A stretch of 64,000 nucleotides of DNA from Candidatus Cloacimonadales bacterium. GTDB taxonomy: Bacteria; Cloacimonadota; Cloacimonadia; Cloacimonadales; DAONDQ01. The translations under genes and the position numbers were made by a program. Shown here one piece after another: positions 9,485-19,942 of the stretch (positions within the stretch are counted from its first letter, which is position 1; each line of letters opens with the position of its first letter). The DNA lies in assembly GCA_963662275.1 (NCBI GenBank), contig OY759316.1, forward strand, positions 3,040,001 to 3,104,000, read 5' to 3'. The notes beneath the pieces are model-generated. The model saw only the letters and a program-made list of their open reading frames with translations. It was not told where the DNA came from and searched no databases.

Positions 9485-10547
9485 GCTGCTGCTTCAGTAC
9501 ATCCACAAGAGCATTCAATGCTTTATCCGAGTCATCAACATCTACGATCTCTAATTCCCTCCAATCTGTAAAAAGAACAAGTTTCACATCATGTTCAGCT
9601 TTTTTATCCTGGGAGAGGGCATCTATTCCATCTTTTTGCACATTATGAATCAGTTCTTCAGTAACATATTCTGCCAAAGGAAAATCATGAAAGAGGTTAC
9701 GAATCCTGTTCATTGTTTTTTCGTTGATTCTACTCAATCTAAAGCTAAGCAAGGCTGCAGCATGTATGCCAAAAACCACAGCAATCCCGTGAGGTATATC
9801 GCAAAGAGATATCGATTCCAATACATGTGCAAATGAATGCCCAAGATTCAACATTCTGCGTCCTTCTCTGTCCCGTAAGTCAGAAGCACAAATAGCCATT
9901 TTCAATTTGGCTGCTTCCCATATCACTTCCTTAGGAGGCAAATAGTTAATATCAAGTTTTTCAGGTAATTCCATCTCTTTATGAATCAAGTATATCTTCA
10001 CAATTTCTGCCCATCCATTCAGAATATCAACTGGTTCAATTGACTTCAGAAAATCATGGCAAAAGTAGACTACACTGGCAGGATAGAACGTTCCAATCAT
10101 ATTTTTCAGATGATGAATATCAAATGCAGTTTTTCCACCAAGTGAAGCATCAACCATACCTACAACCGTTGTTGGGATCAATTCCAGATGAACACCACGC
10201 TTAAAAGTGGATACAGCAAAAGCAGCTAAGTCTGTAAGTGTACCGCCTCCAAAAACAAATACAGTCATGTTCCGTTGAACTCTTTCCTTGAGAAGGAACT
10301 CATAGATAAGGTTTAATTCCTGGAGATTCTTCGTATTCGATTTGACTTCAATCGGCAAAACTGGTATGGAAATAGGGATACTACGAAAAAAAACCGAATG
10401 TCTTTTCATAAAAACTAAATCAGATATGATAACAGCGTTGAACGGGAAGTTGGACATCACTGAAGCCAGTTCAGCTTTAGTAACTTGTTGAATTTCCGTA
10501 TCGAAAGCTATTTTAAAGCGAAATTTGAGACGATTTGTTTGCTTCAT
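9471..10547 (-). CDS. aroB: 3-dehydroquinate synthase
   Basis: GGGTLTDLAAF, PTTVVGMVDASLGGKT, KNMIGTF, LNLGHSFAH, PHGIAV. Confidence 0.85.
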   Translation of the reverse strand: MKQTNRLKFRFKIAFDTEIQQVTKAELASVMSNFPFNAVIISDLVFMKRHSVFFRSIPISIPVLPIEVKSNTKNLQELNLIYEFLLKERVQRNMTVFVFGGGTLTDLAAFAVSTFKRGVHLELIPTTVVGMVDASLGGKTAFDIHHLKNMIGTFYPASVVYFCHDFLKSIEPVDILNGWAEIVKIYLIHKEMELPEKLDINYLPPKEVIWEAAKLKMAICASDLRDREGRRMLNLGHSFAHVLESISLCDIPHGIAVVFGIHAAALLSFRLSRINEKTMNRIRNLFHDFPLAEYVTEELIHNVQKDGIDALSQDKKAEHDVKLVLFTDWRELEIVDVDDSDKALNALVDVLKQQLTCT

Positions 10548-10565
10548 TTTGCATCCATATCTTCA

Positions 10566-13049
10566 TCAACCTCGAATTAAAGCAATCTTACCTCGAACCG
10601 TATCGCCATCTTTGACTGAAATTACATAGTAATAGACACCGGAACTGCATTTTTTACCACTACTATTCAGTCCATTCCAAGTAAAAGGAAGATAACGGTT
10701 TTGCTTTAACTCCAGGACAAGATCACCGCTGAGGTCATAAATTCGACAGAAGCTGGTCGGAAAAACACCTGATGATGAAGCTGTATTTTCTATAGTAACC
10801 ACTTGATCACGATCAGGTTTGAAAGGATTTGGGTAGGCTCTTACTTTTTTCAAACTGACTTGAGGAGGATTTTCAAACCCGATTTGAAAAGTGTTCAACC
10901 CATCCGGAGTTCCGATATAAAGTGATCCTTGAGAAGGATCATAACCTAAAGAAAGTACATAATTTGAAATCAAAGGAGAATTGGATATATTATAATTAGT
11001 AAATCTCTCGGTGGAAGGATCGTACATACTAAAACCATTATCACGACTTCCAAGCCAGATTCGACGGAAAGGATCGAGGTATATTGCAGTAGGATTCGTA
11101 TGAACCGATCCAAAAAGCCTTTCTTCATCATAATAATAGAGACCATTCAGATCAGTTTCCCAAGTTCCATTACGAAAGATTCGTCTTTTCACATCAACAT
11201 CATATTTAAACCAATTTGTGCCATTGTATGAGTAAATACCATTTGAAGCAGCGATCCATGTTTCATTTTCACCAAAATCATTCGTGAAAGAAACGATGCC
11301 ATAAACCCAGCAATTATTCAAATCGGTTGATTGAGGATTATGCCAATAGTTATTGTTGCTCGCAGAAGGTAAAAGATCCATATTTGACCAATATGATACC
11401 CCATGATCATTTGCTGTTCCAAAGAAATATGCTGATTCGGATTCAGCAACCAGGATGACACCTTGCCTGGCACTGTTTGGAATCTGGAAACTTGTAATTT
11501 TTTGGTAAAGGGAATCCAGAACTATGATCCCACCATTATAGCAGCAAACGAACATACGATTATCAGAATCGTGGTAAACATATGTCAAAGTTTGAGATAA
11601 CATAGCCGGAGTTGTAGAAATCTGACGATATGTTATAACGGGATCAATATAGTGATACAATCCATATGTATCCATCCAATCCCAAGAATTATTACTAGGA
11701 TCATAGATATTCAAGCCATTACCCCAACCATACGTATTATTAGTTGGTGTATAGTAAGCCGCCATCCATAATCTATCTTTATCGTCTACAGCCAAAGAAA
11801 GAATATTATCACTAATCAGGGGACTATTTTTTACTGTGAATGTTTGCCAGGTATTGCCATCAAAACTACTAATTCCTCTAGTTCCCTTCTTTGTTTTACC
11901 AATACCAAGATTACCACTTCCAAACCAAGTCTTACCTTTTGAATGAGTAATACAACTAACTGTATTGAAACCGATAGAGTTCGTGATTACATTGAACCAA
12001 TTAGGTGTGGCATCGAAAAACAAACCATCTCCCCAAGAAGATAGAGACATCTTTCCATTCAGATTCTTAATCTTAGTTACAGCTTTATTATTTAATCCTA
12101 AAGTACCTTCAGGAATCTTCGTTAAATGCCCATCAGCAGATAAGATATTCAAAGCAGTATTGCTCTCATTATTTAGTGTCATGATGTTTTCATGCCAAGC
12201 GCCATAAGAGAAATATAGATCCCCAGAAGCGGAATAATTAATCGAATAAACAGAATCCGATTCAAGTCCATTTGAAGAATTATACTCAATCCAATTATTG
12301 GGAAAAACACTTAAATCGACAATTCCTAATCCCTTCGTTGTTGAAACTGCAATCTTCTGCTCAAATAGAGCTATTTGAGAAATTCTATCCCCAGGTATAT
12401 TGGAATTAGTTGTGTTCCAAGTATGCCACCTGGAATTAATATTTAATGAATCAATGTGAACATAACTTAGCCCTTGTGGCGTTCCTAAATATAGATAATT
12501 GGTTGGGGCAAGTTTCATAAAGAAAAGGCTATCATTAACTAAACCACCTTCTGTATATGAATTTGTATAAACCTGACTCAATAGGGGAAAACTGACTTGA
12601 GCCATTTGATAGAATACAGCAAGCCCCTTATCAGTAGAAACAAAAAAAAGCGTATCGGAATGAGCAATACCAGTGATCTTATTCGAAGGTAAACCTGATG
12701 TCTCATTCAGAATTTTGATGCCTTGAGGAGTCAGAATATTTACTCCACCTGCATAAAGACCCATCCATAACTGATCCGTTGCAGGTATATAATCCAGTAC
12801 TCTTACATCGTTATTACTTAACCCATCAATATTTGTGTAGGTATGGTCTAGTTCATAAGCCTCTGCACCGGTTAATGTGGTGTCATGCTTAAAGACAGCC
12901 AAGCCTCCCCAAGTGGCAACATAAAGCTTATTGTTCGCTTCAATATAATCATTAACATACGTAGTATTCGTATATGTTTTCCACCTTGTTGCAATAAGAG
13001 GTGATAAAACCACCAGGCACAGTGCTAATGTCAGTAGATGCTTATTCAC
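10566..13049 (-). CDS. PorZ-like secreted beta-propeller protein with C-terminal FlgD/CTD Ig domain
   Basis: Signal peptide; repeated Reg_prop-like blades (GLSNNDV, GLPSNKI, SPLISDNI, SPLISNYV); YPNPF...IYDLSG...WNG...SGVY tail; GTG start overlapping the upstream stop. Confidence 0.7.
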   Translation of the reverse strand: MNKHLLTLALCLVVLSPLIATRWKTYTNTTYVNDYIEANNKLYVATWGGLAVFKHDTTLTGAEAYELDHTYTNIDGLSNNDVRVLDYIPATDQLWMGLYAGGVNILTPQGIKILNETSGLPSNKITGIAHSDTLFFVSTDKGLAVFYQMAQVSFPLLSQVYTNSYTEGGLVNDSLFFMKLAPTNYLYLGTPQGLSYVHIDSLNINSRWHTWNTTNSNIPGDRISQIALFEQKIAVSTTKGLGIVDLSVFPNNWIEYNSSNGLESDSVYSINYSASGDLYFSYGAWHENIMTLNNESNTALNILSADGHLTKIPEGTLGLNNKAVTKIKNLNGKMSLSSWGDGLFFDATPNWFNVITNSIGFNTVSCITHSKGKTWFGSGNLGIGKTKKGTRGISSFDGNTWQTFTVKNSPLISDNILSLAVDDKDRLWMAAYYTPTNNTYGWGNGLNIYDPSNNSWDWMDTYGLYHYIDPVITYRQISTTPAMLSQTLTYVYHDSDNRMFVCCYNGGIIVLDSLYQKITSFQIPNSARQGVILVAESESAYFFGTANDHGVSYWSNMDLLPSASNNNYWHNPQSTDLNNCWVYGIVSFTNDFGENETWIAASNGIYSYNGTNWFKYDVDVKRRIFRNGTWETDLNGLYYYDEERLFGSVHTNPTAIYLDPFRRIWLGSRDNGFSMYDPSTERFTNYNISNSPLISNYVLSLGYDPSQGSLYIGTPDGLNTFQIGFENPPQVSLKKVRAYPNPFKPDRDQVVTIENTASSSGVFPTSFCRIYDLSGDLVLELKQNRYLPFTWNGLNSSGKKCSSGVYYYVISVKDGDTVRGKIALIRG

Positions 13050-14098
13050 TTAAGATTCTCCCTTTTAAAAAGCATATATGATATAACTAATAATACAAAC
13101 AATAAAACGACAAAAATCATAAACAGTAATTTTTTTGTTGAAAAAGAAAAGCCAAATGCCATCAAAGCAAAGAGAAATGTAATAAAATAGGCAATTAAAG
13201 CTACCGTTTTCTGAGATAAACCAAGATCAAGCATTTTGTGATGTAAATGTGCTTTATCAGGTTTGGAGATGTTTGTTCTATTCTTTATTCGTCTGCATAC
13301 TGCAAGAAATATATCAAAAAATGGCAGTAGCAGTGCAATGATAGGAACAAGTAAAGTCATTGCTGTGATACCCTTGAACTGTGAGTTTCCGGCAGTGGAT
13401 ATCGCTGCAATATTTAATCCGAGGAACATACTGCCAGAATCGCCCATGAATATGGAGGCTGGATAAAAATTAAATCGCAGAAAAGCCAAGGTTCCAGCAA
13501 CCATAATTAGAGAAAAGAAACTGACTAATGGATTATGGCTCATGATTCCCAAAACGGATAGTAATAGAGAAATAATCACAGTTATTCCTGCTAAAAGTCC
13601 ATCAAGCCCATCAATAAAATTGATAGCATTAATCACGAGTACATACCAGAAAATTGTGATGGGAAATGACAGATATCCCAATTGGAATTCACTTCCCAAA
13701 GGATTTGTCATCGTTCTGATTTGGAAACCACTAAAATACATGACAACGGCAAGCAGAACTTGGTATAATAATTTGAATCTTGCAGAAGACTCATATTTAT
13801 CATCCATTAAACCAACAAATAAAGTCAGAATACCCAGTAGGACAAGTTTCTGCGTCTGGGCTGCAAAAGGCTGTCCGATAGGTAAAAGTGAAAAGACATA
13901 TTGCATAATTATAATTGGAATCGCAAAAGAAAATCCTCCTGAGGAAGGAATAGCAATTGTATTTATCCTCCTTGGTCCAGGTTTGTCAATAATACCGAAC
14001 CTTGTTGACAGTTTTCGGTTCAAAGGAACGATGATAATAGTGGCAATAAAGACGAGTATAAAACCAGCAACTAATAGCGTCAGTGTATTAGGATTCAT
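13046..14098 (-). CDS. Undecaprenyl-phosphate GlcNAc-1-phosphate transferase (WecA/TagO, MraY family)
   Basis: GLMDDK, NAINFIDGLDGL, IFMGDSGS, HLHH; multi-TM. Confidence 0.9.
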   Translation of the reverse strand: MNPNTLTLLVAGFILVFIATIIIVPLNRKLSTRFGIIDKPGPRRINTIAIPSSGGFSFAIPIIIMQYVFSLLPIGQPFAAQTQKLVLLGILTLFVGLMDDKYESSARFKLLYQVLLAVVMYFSGFQIRTMTNPLGSEFQLGYLSFPITIFWYVLVINAINFIDGLDGLLAGITVIISLLLSVLGIMSHNPLVSFFSLIMVAGTLAFLRFNFYPASIFMGDSGSMFLGLNIAAISTAGNSQFKGITAMTLLVPIIALLLPFFDIFLAVCRRIKNRTNISKPDKAHLHHKMLDLGLSQKTVALIAYFITFLFALMAFGFSFSTKKLLFMIFVVLLFVLLVISYMLFKRENLK

Positions 14099-15194
14099 AA
14101 ATTCCCTGATATCTCTTAATGAATTCTTTCATGCTAAATCTCTGCAAAACTTCTTTACGAGAGTTTTCTCCCCAATTCTTGATTTCATTTTTCCTTTCCG
14201 GTAAACCATGCAATATCTCAGCCAAGATTTCAGGTTTTCCGGGAAGTACCAATATACCATTCAAATCGCTTACCAATTCATTATTTCCCTGGATATTTGA
14301 AGCGATGATTGGAAGTCCGACTGCCATTGCTTCCAATATTGATAATGATAATCCTTCCCAAAGTGAGTAAAGGAGAAAACAGTTAAATTGCAGCAACCAG
14401 GTTTGTATGTTTTTTTCCCACCCAGGTAGAAAGATGGAATCTGCTAGATTAGCTGTTTTTACCATTTTTAAACATAATTGATAATATTCGCCATCGCCAA
14501 TGAACACAAAAGCGAGGTGTGGATTTCTTCTACAGGCAATAATTGCCGCTTCCATCGTCTGAACAATATTCTTCTGTTTTGAAAACCTAAGACTACTTCC
14601 AATGACAAAACGATCCTTAAGAAAGGCAAATCTCTCAACCTCCGTATTTTTTTTGGGAATCAATACTCCGTTATATATGGACTGAGTGTTTACTCCATGA
14701 AATAATAGGTTATTTTCTGTAAATATCCTATCAGAATCATTCACAAAGATCATGAAATCACAAAAATGCGCAGCAAAAGCTTCCATAAATAAGTAAAATA
14801 GCTTTGGAATAATAGGTTGATATGGATGAAATGAAAAGCCGTGAACTGTATGTATGATTTTCGGTACACCAGCCAATCTTGCGGCAATTCGTCCAATAAA
14901 ACCTGTTTTAGAGGAATGCGTATGAATGATATCAAATCGTCCTCTTCGACAGATTCTATAGAGTTCTATAAAAGCCAGCACATCCTTGATTGATAGATGG
15001 TGTTCCATCGCATACAAAGGAATGAAGTGATATCTGCGATTTTCAATTTCTTGAATCAGTTCACCATTGGGACGGCACGCTATAAAAATCTCATATTTGT
15101 CCTGATCTAAGCCATCAAGGAGATTCAGCATCATGTTTTGGACACCAGATAAAAGAGGTAATAATTGGATGTGAAGGATTCTGATTTTCTTCAA
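14088..15194 (-). CDS. Glycosyltransferase family 4
   Basis: DIIHTHSSK, SLWEGLSLSILEAMAVGLP. Confidence 0.9.
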   Translation of the reverse strand: MKKIRILHIQLLPLLSGVQNMMLNLLDGLDQDKYEIFIACRPNGELIQEIENRRYHFIPLYAMEHHLSIKDVLAFIELYRICRRGRFDIIHTHSSKTGFIGRIAARLAGVPKIIHTVHGFSFHPYQPIIPKLFYLFMEAFAAHFCDFMIFVNDSDRIFTENNLLFHGVNTQSIYNGVLIPKKNTEVERFAFLKDRFVIGSSLRFSKQKNIVQTMEAAIIACRRNPHLAFVFIGDGEYYQLCLKMVKTANLADSIFLPGWEKNIQTWLLQFNCFLLYSLWEGLSLSILEAMAVGLPIIASNIQGNNELVSDLNGILVLPGKPEILAEILHGLPERKNEIKNWGENSRKEVLQRFSMKEFIKRYQGIYES

Positions 15195-17578
15195 GAATGC
15201 TGTCCTAAGCGATTTTCAACAAACTTGATAAATTTTTTTGTTTGTTCTTCCCTGGAATATTCTTGGAATAACATACCTTCACCTGCTTTCAGAGTTGCTT
15301 TTTGATAAGCTTCAAGTATTAGCTCCTTAATCTTTTGTACATCTTCCATAGGACAGATCAGGCTATGTCCAAACTTACGCAGGATCATTGCTGCATCACC
15401 ATTCGGAGGCACTAATCCAAGTATAATACTTTGACATCTTACATATTCGAATATCTTTCCGGTCGATATATAATCACCATCAACAGAAGCAACTATCAGA
15501 ACCAGGATATCTGAATTATACATCAAATCTAATGCTTCCCGATGTTGTTGCTGAGTGATAATCTTCAACTGTGATCCAAGACGGGACTGTAACAATACGT
15601 TTTGTTCTTCAGCATAATAATTTCCAAGAAAAGTAATCTCTAAATCAGAGGGCAAAGCATGATTCTGTTTCAGTTCCCTCATCGCTTGCAGTAAATACTT
15701 GGCAGTTCGATTTCCATACAGTGATCCAATATAGGACATCCGTATGATCTTACTGGGTTCTTTTTTTACTAAATCCGTAAAATCAGTTTCATCCCAACCA
15801 TTAAACATCACATGGATCTTATCAGCCAGATGATCGCCAAAGTTCTTACACAAATCATTCTTCATACCTTCGCTGATTACCGTAATGCCTGTTGAATAGT
15901 TAAGCAATTTCTTTTCCCAGGAATGGGCATGTCTGAAATGTAATTTTGATATATATGTTAAATAATGATATAGCGTCCATGGATCACGATAATCCATAAA
16001 TAATGGTATTTGACGCAGTTTGGCTAAGCGATAGGCTGCTATTGCAGCAGAATATGGACCAACAGTAACCAGGATAGCATCGTAATGCCTCATTGAAGTA
16101 GCTTTTACTCCAGCTAGATATGCAAAAGGAATCCACCCAATCTTGTCATCAATAGGAAAGCTTCTTCTTATGAAACGCTTGATTTTTTCAGGAGTTCCAA
16201 AATAGATTTTCTGATTTGATTCTTTGCTTATCGTTGCTTTCTTCATCAAAGCCATTGGATCTAATGATGATGTTCTATATACGTGAGTTGCTCTTGATTC
16301 CTGGAGTAAAGATTCATCTTCAGAATGGAAAACAATATTCTTCACCGTAATGACGTCTGTATCCCATCCTTCATTCCATAGGTATTTTGTCAGTTTTACA
16401 GGTCTCTGCACTCCAGATCCCCCAAGTGGTGGATAAAAATAGGCAAATAACAACATGTGTTTCTGATTCGTCAGAATGGGCATAAGAGACTGTATTTTTG
16501 TCAGCAGCAAAGGTTCCTGGGTTTCCCAGTTCAATTCAGTGCGTACAAGTTCTCTGCTTTTCATTGCAGTCTGGAGGAAATAGTCATCGTTTTTTTGTAA
16601 TAGAAGGTCGATTTTATCAGACAATACTCTGGAATTATATGGAATGCAATAACCCAATTCCTGGTGCTCAATAATATCCCTGATTTGCTGAAAATCATTT
16701 GCTATAATTGGCAGACCGGCTTCCAGGTATTCAATAACCTTAATAGGAACTCCTAACTGATATCTCTTTATTCTTGGATCAAGAAGGCATATACCAATTC
16801 GGGATTTCACTAATAGATCGTACACCTGGCAATGAGGCAACATTCCCATGAAGAGAACATGCTTCGTAAGATTAAGGTCAATAATCGTTTTTTCATATTT
16901 ATTTTGAAAGTCACGATTTTTGAATTCTCCAGCAATAACCGCTTTAAAATCAGGATGTTTGTTTTTTAGAATGGAGATTGCTTTTAATATCTTCAGTATT
17001 CCTCTTTCCTGATAAACGCCTCCAACATAAACAATGTCATACTGTTTCTTTCCTTCATGTTGTTCGCATCCCTTGAGATGTGGATAATTTGCGCAAGTTA
17101 TAGTGTCGAGAGAATAACGCCGGTAGTACTTTCGTAAATGATTGTTTACAGTAATTACTAAGTCCGTTTTTGAGAAGAGCTTTTTTTCTATTCGAGAATA
17201 AAGAAAATTAGCTAACTGCTTAAATGGAGAAAATAGCCTTTCACCCATTGCCAAGGAAAAATATTCATGAACATCATATACTAACTTACAACCAATCTCA
17301 CGCTTTAATTTTTGCCCGACAATCAATGTGAGAGGTTCAACACAAACAATGATATCCGGTTTATAGGATTTAATTAAGTGATATGCATTTTGCAAATAAG
17401 TGAACTTAGTTGCATTGGGAATAATAGAAACAGATGGATTAAGGTCAAAATCGTCTAATCCAATCGGAGCAAAAATCCTTACATCAGCAATCTTAGCCAG
17501 GCTTGTGCCAATCTTGCCATGAAGTCGAACATCATCAGAACGATGAGAATTTGTCAGGATCGCAATCTTACTCGACAT
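15191..17578 (-). CDS. Tandem fusion of two GT-B (GT4-like) glycosyltransferases
   Basis: Domain 1: YDVHE, PIKVIEYLEAGLP. Domain 2 starts LLFAYFYPPLGGSGVQR, with DYRDPW and TGKIFEY. Confidence 0.8.
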   Translation of the reverse strand: MSSKIAILTNSHRSDDVRLHGKIGTSLAKIADVRIFAPIGLDDFDLNPSVSIIPNATKFTYLQNAYHLIKSYKPDIIVCVEPLTLIVGQKLKREIGCKLVYDVHEYFSLAMGERLFSPFKQLANFLYSRIEKKLFSKTDLVITVNNHLRKYYRRYSLDTITCANYPHLKGCEQHEGKKQYDIVYVGGVYQERGILKILKAISILKNKHPDFKAVIAGEFKNRDFQNKYEKTIIDLNLTKHVLFMGMLPHCQVYDLLVKSRIGICLLDPRIKRYQLGVPIKVIEYLEAGLPIIANDFQQIRDIIEHQELGYCIPYNSRVLSDKIDLLLQKNDDYFLQTAMKSRELVRTELNWETQEPLLLTKIQSLMPILTNQKHMLLFAYFYPPLGGSGVQRPVKLTKYLWNEGWDTDVITVKNIVFHSEDESLLQESRATHVYRTSSLDPMALMKKATISKESNQKIYFGTPEKIKRFIRRSFPIDDKIGWIPFAYLAGVKATSMRHYDAILVTVGPYSAAIAAYRLAKLRQIPLFMDYRDPWTLYHYLTYISKLHFRHAHSWEKKLLNYSTGITVISEGMKNDLCKNFGDHLADKIHVMFNGWDETDFTDLVKKEPSKIIRMSYIGSLYGNRTAKYLLQAMRELKQNHALPSDLEITFLGNYYAEEQNVLLQSRLGSQLKIITQQQHREALDLMYNSDILVLIVASVDGDYISTGKIFEYVRCQSIILGLVPPNGDAAMILRKFGHSLICPMEDVQKIKELILEAYQKATLKAGEGMLFQEYSREEQTKKFIKFVENRLGQHS

Positions 17579-19259
17579 CCGGTTTATGATTCCCTGTTTT
17601 GATTTCAATAATGGCAATTTGATTTGCTTTGATATCACTGAATGTTACATTCTGTTTGTTTACAACAGCCTCAGCGCCACTGATATCCCCAATTTCCGTA
17701 TCCCCAAGAACTTTAATCGTAAAAAACTTGATATCACTGGGAAAATAGATACTTATTTCATATTCACTTTCTTCAATCGTGACTTGACGTCTCATATCCC
17801 ACCAGGTAGCAATTTCTTTGGCTGTCGTGAAATATACTGATTTTGTTTGCAGCAATTCCAACACATAAGAATAGATCTTCTCCAAATATGGTAATTCTTC
17901 GAAATTAGATAAACAAAAATCAAAAGATATTAAACCGTTAGAACGTTGTGTATTTTCTATCAATTTCTTGATATGATTTTTACTCTTCTCCAGTGGTACT
18001 TGTTTATATTTAGAGATACGTAGAGATTCATCTTTGACATTAATTGGAATTTCCACATGATTACTCCGCTTATTGTCAAAATAGGGATAAAAAGGATAAG
18101 CTATACCGCGCATAAAACCCATTCGATCCGTGTAACCTAGGGAAGAATCATATAAAAAATGTGTATGTTGCTGCTGTTCCAGTTTCTGATGTTGAAAATA
18201 TGTATTCATATTCCTGATACCATAAGTAGTTAATCCAGTCAGCTTTTGAAAAGCCATTTTCTGATGTCTCAAATAATCAGAATCTGTTTTTCTTCGTGTA
18301 TCATAAATACCGATATCATGTCCTTCAGCCAGTATATGTTTAATTGTAGATTGTATTTCTTCATCATTACCCGCATCATAATCTATGTGATCTGATTTCA
18401 AAGGTGCGAGATAGTAGGTTGTCTTGACTTGATAATTCTTATCTAGACTCAGATACTCCTCAAAGTTCCAATACATTTCATAATTAGTAAATATGTATTT
18501 GATCTTACTTGCCATATTTTTGGAAAGAGATGCCCAGCGAAAAGTGACTAATAACTTAATATCTTCGAAAACAGAATACATGAGAGAATTCAGATTCCAT
18601 TTCTGAAGATGATCAACATCATGAGAGACTGTAGCAGCAAATGTCTGTGCCTGGGGCCAATATGTTCTCTGTGCTAAAACCATCTTTTTCTTTGTTACCT
18701 GATCACCTAGCATCTTGTCCATTGCCCAGAAAAAATTATGAAGAAAAGGCATGTCTCGATATTCATTAAAAACACTGGCATTATCAGGATATCTCCCATT
18801 ATGATCATGTTTTTTCTCTACTGATTCTTCCATTCCGGCAATATGAAAATAGATATTACCTATCAAGTCGAAATTGAACTTCCCCCCATAGATCTCTGAC
18901 CCTGAAAATACTTCTAATGGGATTTCTGTAAGTTTCTTTTCAGAAAGTACAGGAGTTGTAGTATGAATCTTAATTTGATAAAGTTGATTACGAATCTGCT
19001 CCGCATTCATATCACATTTTTGGAACAAAAAAGGTTCAGCAGGGATATAGATCGTAATATTATTTTTTGCATAATTATAAAGCTCTTCTGGAGAAGGATG
19101 AATCATCCAATATAGGATCAGAATATCACGTGTTCCTACTTGGCTGGGATCCTGGATAAAACGATGACTATAACCTAAAGTCTGAAATAGAAAGTCAAAA
19201 CTATAGCGAATTTGACTATCAATTTTTTCAAGTAGATGATCTATGTTAACAGTGATCAT
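17568..19259 (-). CDS. Polysaccharide deacetylase-like (NodB/CE4-type) protein
   Basis: VSHDVDH, YDSSLGY..GF.RG..YPF, VEIP motifs. Confidence 0.65.
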   Translation of the reverse strand: MITVNIDHLLEKIDSQIRYSFDFLFQTLGYSHRFIQDPSQVGTRDILILYWMIHPSPEELYNYAKNNITIYIPAEPFLFQKCDMNAEQIRNQLYQIKIHTTTPVLSEKKLTEIPLEVFSGSEIYGGKFNFDLIGNIYFHIAGMEESVEKKHDHNGRYPDNASVFNEYRDMPFLHNFFWAMDKMLGDQVTKKKMVLAQRTYWPQAQTFAATVSHDVDHLQKWNLNSLMYSVFEDIKLLVTFRWASLSKNMASKIKYIFTNYEMYWNFEEYLSLDKNYQVKTTYYLAPLKSDHIDYDAGNDEEIQSTIKHILAEGHDIGIYDTRRKTDSDYLRHQKMAFQKLTGLTTYGIRNMNTYFQHQKLEQQQHTHFLYDSSLGYTDRMGFMRGIAYPFYPYFDNKRSNHVEIPINVKDESLRISKYKQVPLEKSKNHIKKLIENTQRSNGLISFDFCLSNFEELPYLEKIYSYVLELLQTKSVYFTTAKEIATWWDMRRQVTIEESEYEISIYFPSDIKFFTIKVLGDTEIGDISGAEAVVNKQNVTFSDIKANQIAIIEIKTGNHKPDVE

Positions 19260-19579
19260 ATTATTTCCTTCTTCTCAAGCAGGTATCATTTTAATTTTCA
19301 CGATGCTTGCTTGTGTGTCAAGCCTTTATGAATTATTTCTTTGAATATTCTAATTATTCAGTATTGTTTATCCAAAATTTCCTGAGTGATTTATTTATTA
19401 AAACTCTATCATGACTTAGAATACGGAAAGCTTTAAAAAAAAGGTATTTTTTTATTGACCGATTGGAGATTAATGACTTACTTTGTAATATTAGAAGTTG
19501 GAGTTAATCAAATCATTTTGGATACTTCTAATTATGAATTATTATATATACTTCTAAAGTGAACATAATGGAGTCAATA

Positions 19580-19939
19580 ATGAACCGTCTTATTTTACTT
19601 GTCGATGATGACTTATTACTACGCGAAGTAGTCAGCGACTATTTAGAACGCTTTGATTATGTCGTTGAAACTGCTGAAAATGCTGAGCAAGCTCTGACAA
19701 TGTTCGAACCTGGAAAATACAGTTTAGGTATCCTGGATTTGGTTATGCCTGGAATGAATGGACTTGATCTGATGAAACAACTCCTCAAACAGGATCCAAG
19801 TTTCTTTGTCATCATTATGACCGGATATCCTACAGTAGATAGTGCTTATAAGGCTATGGTGGAAGGAATTTCCGACTATATCATCAAACCCTTCCGGTTT
19901 GATGAACTGCTTCAGACTGTTCAAAAATACGTTCCATAA
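19580..19939 (+). CDS. Stand-alone response regulator receiver
   Basis: LLVDDD, LDLVMPGMNG, MTGY, KPF; GGAG RBS. Confidence 0.9.
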   Translation: MNRLILLVDDDLLLREVVSDYLERFDYVVETAENAEQALTMFEPGKYSLGILDLVMPGMNGLDLMKQLLKQDPSFFVIIMTGYPTVDSAYKAMVEGISDYIIKPFRFDELLQTVQKYVP

Positions 19940-19942
19940 ATA

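Noticed and set aside
13542..14204. 220-aa + strand ORF and similar antisense ORFs (e.g. 24911-25204, 33505-33798, 31762-32247)
   Set aside because: Shadow frames of well-supported genes with no motifs.
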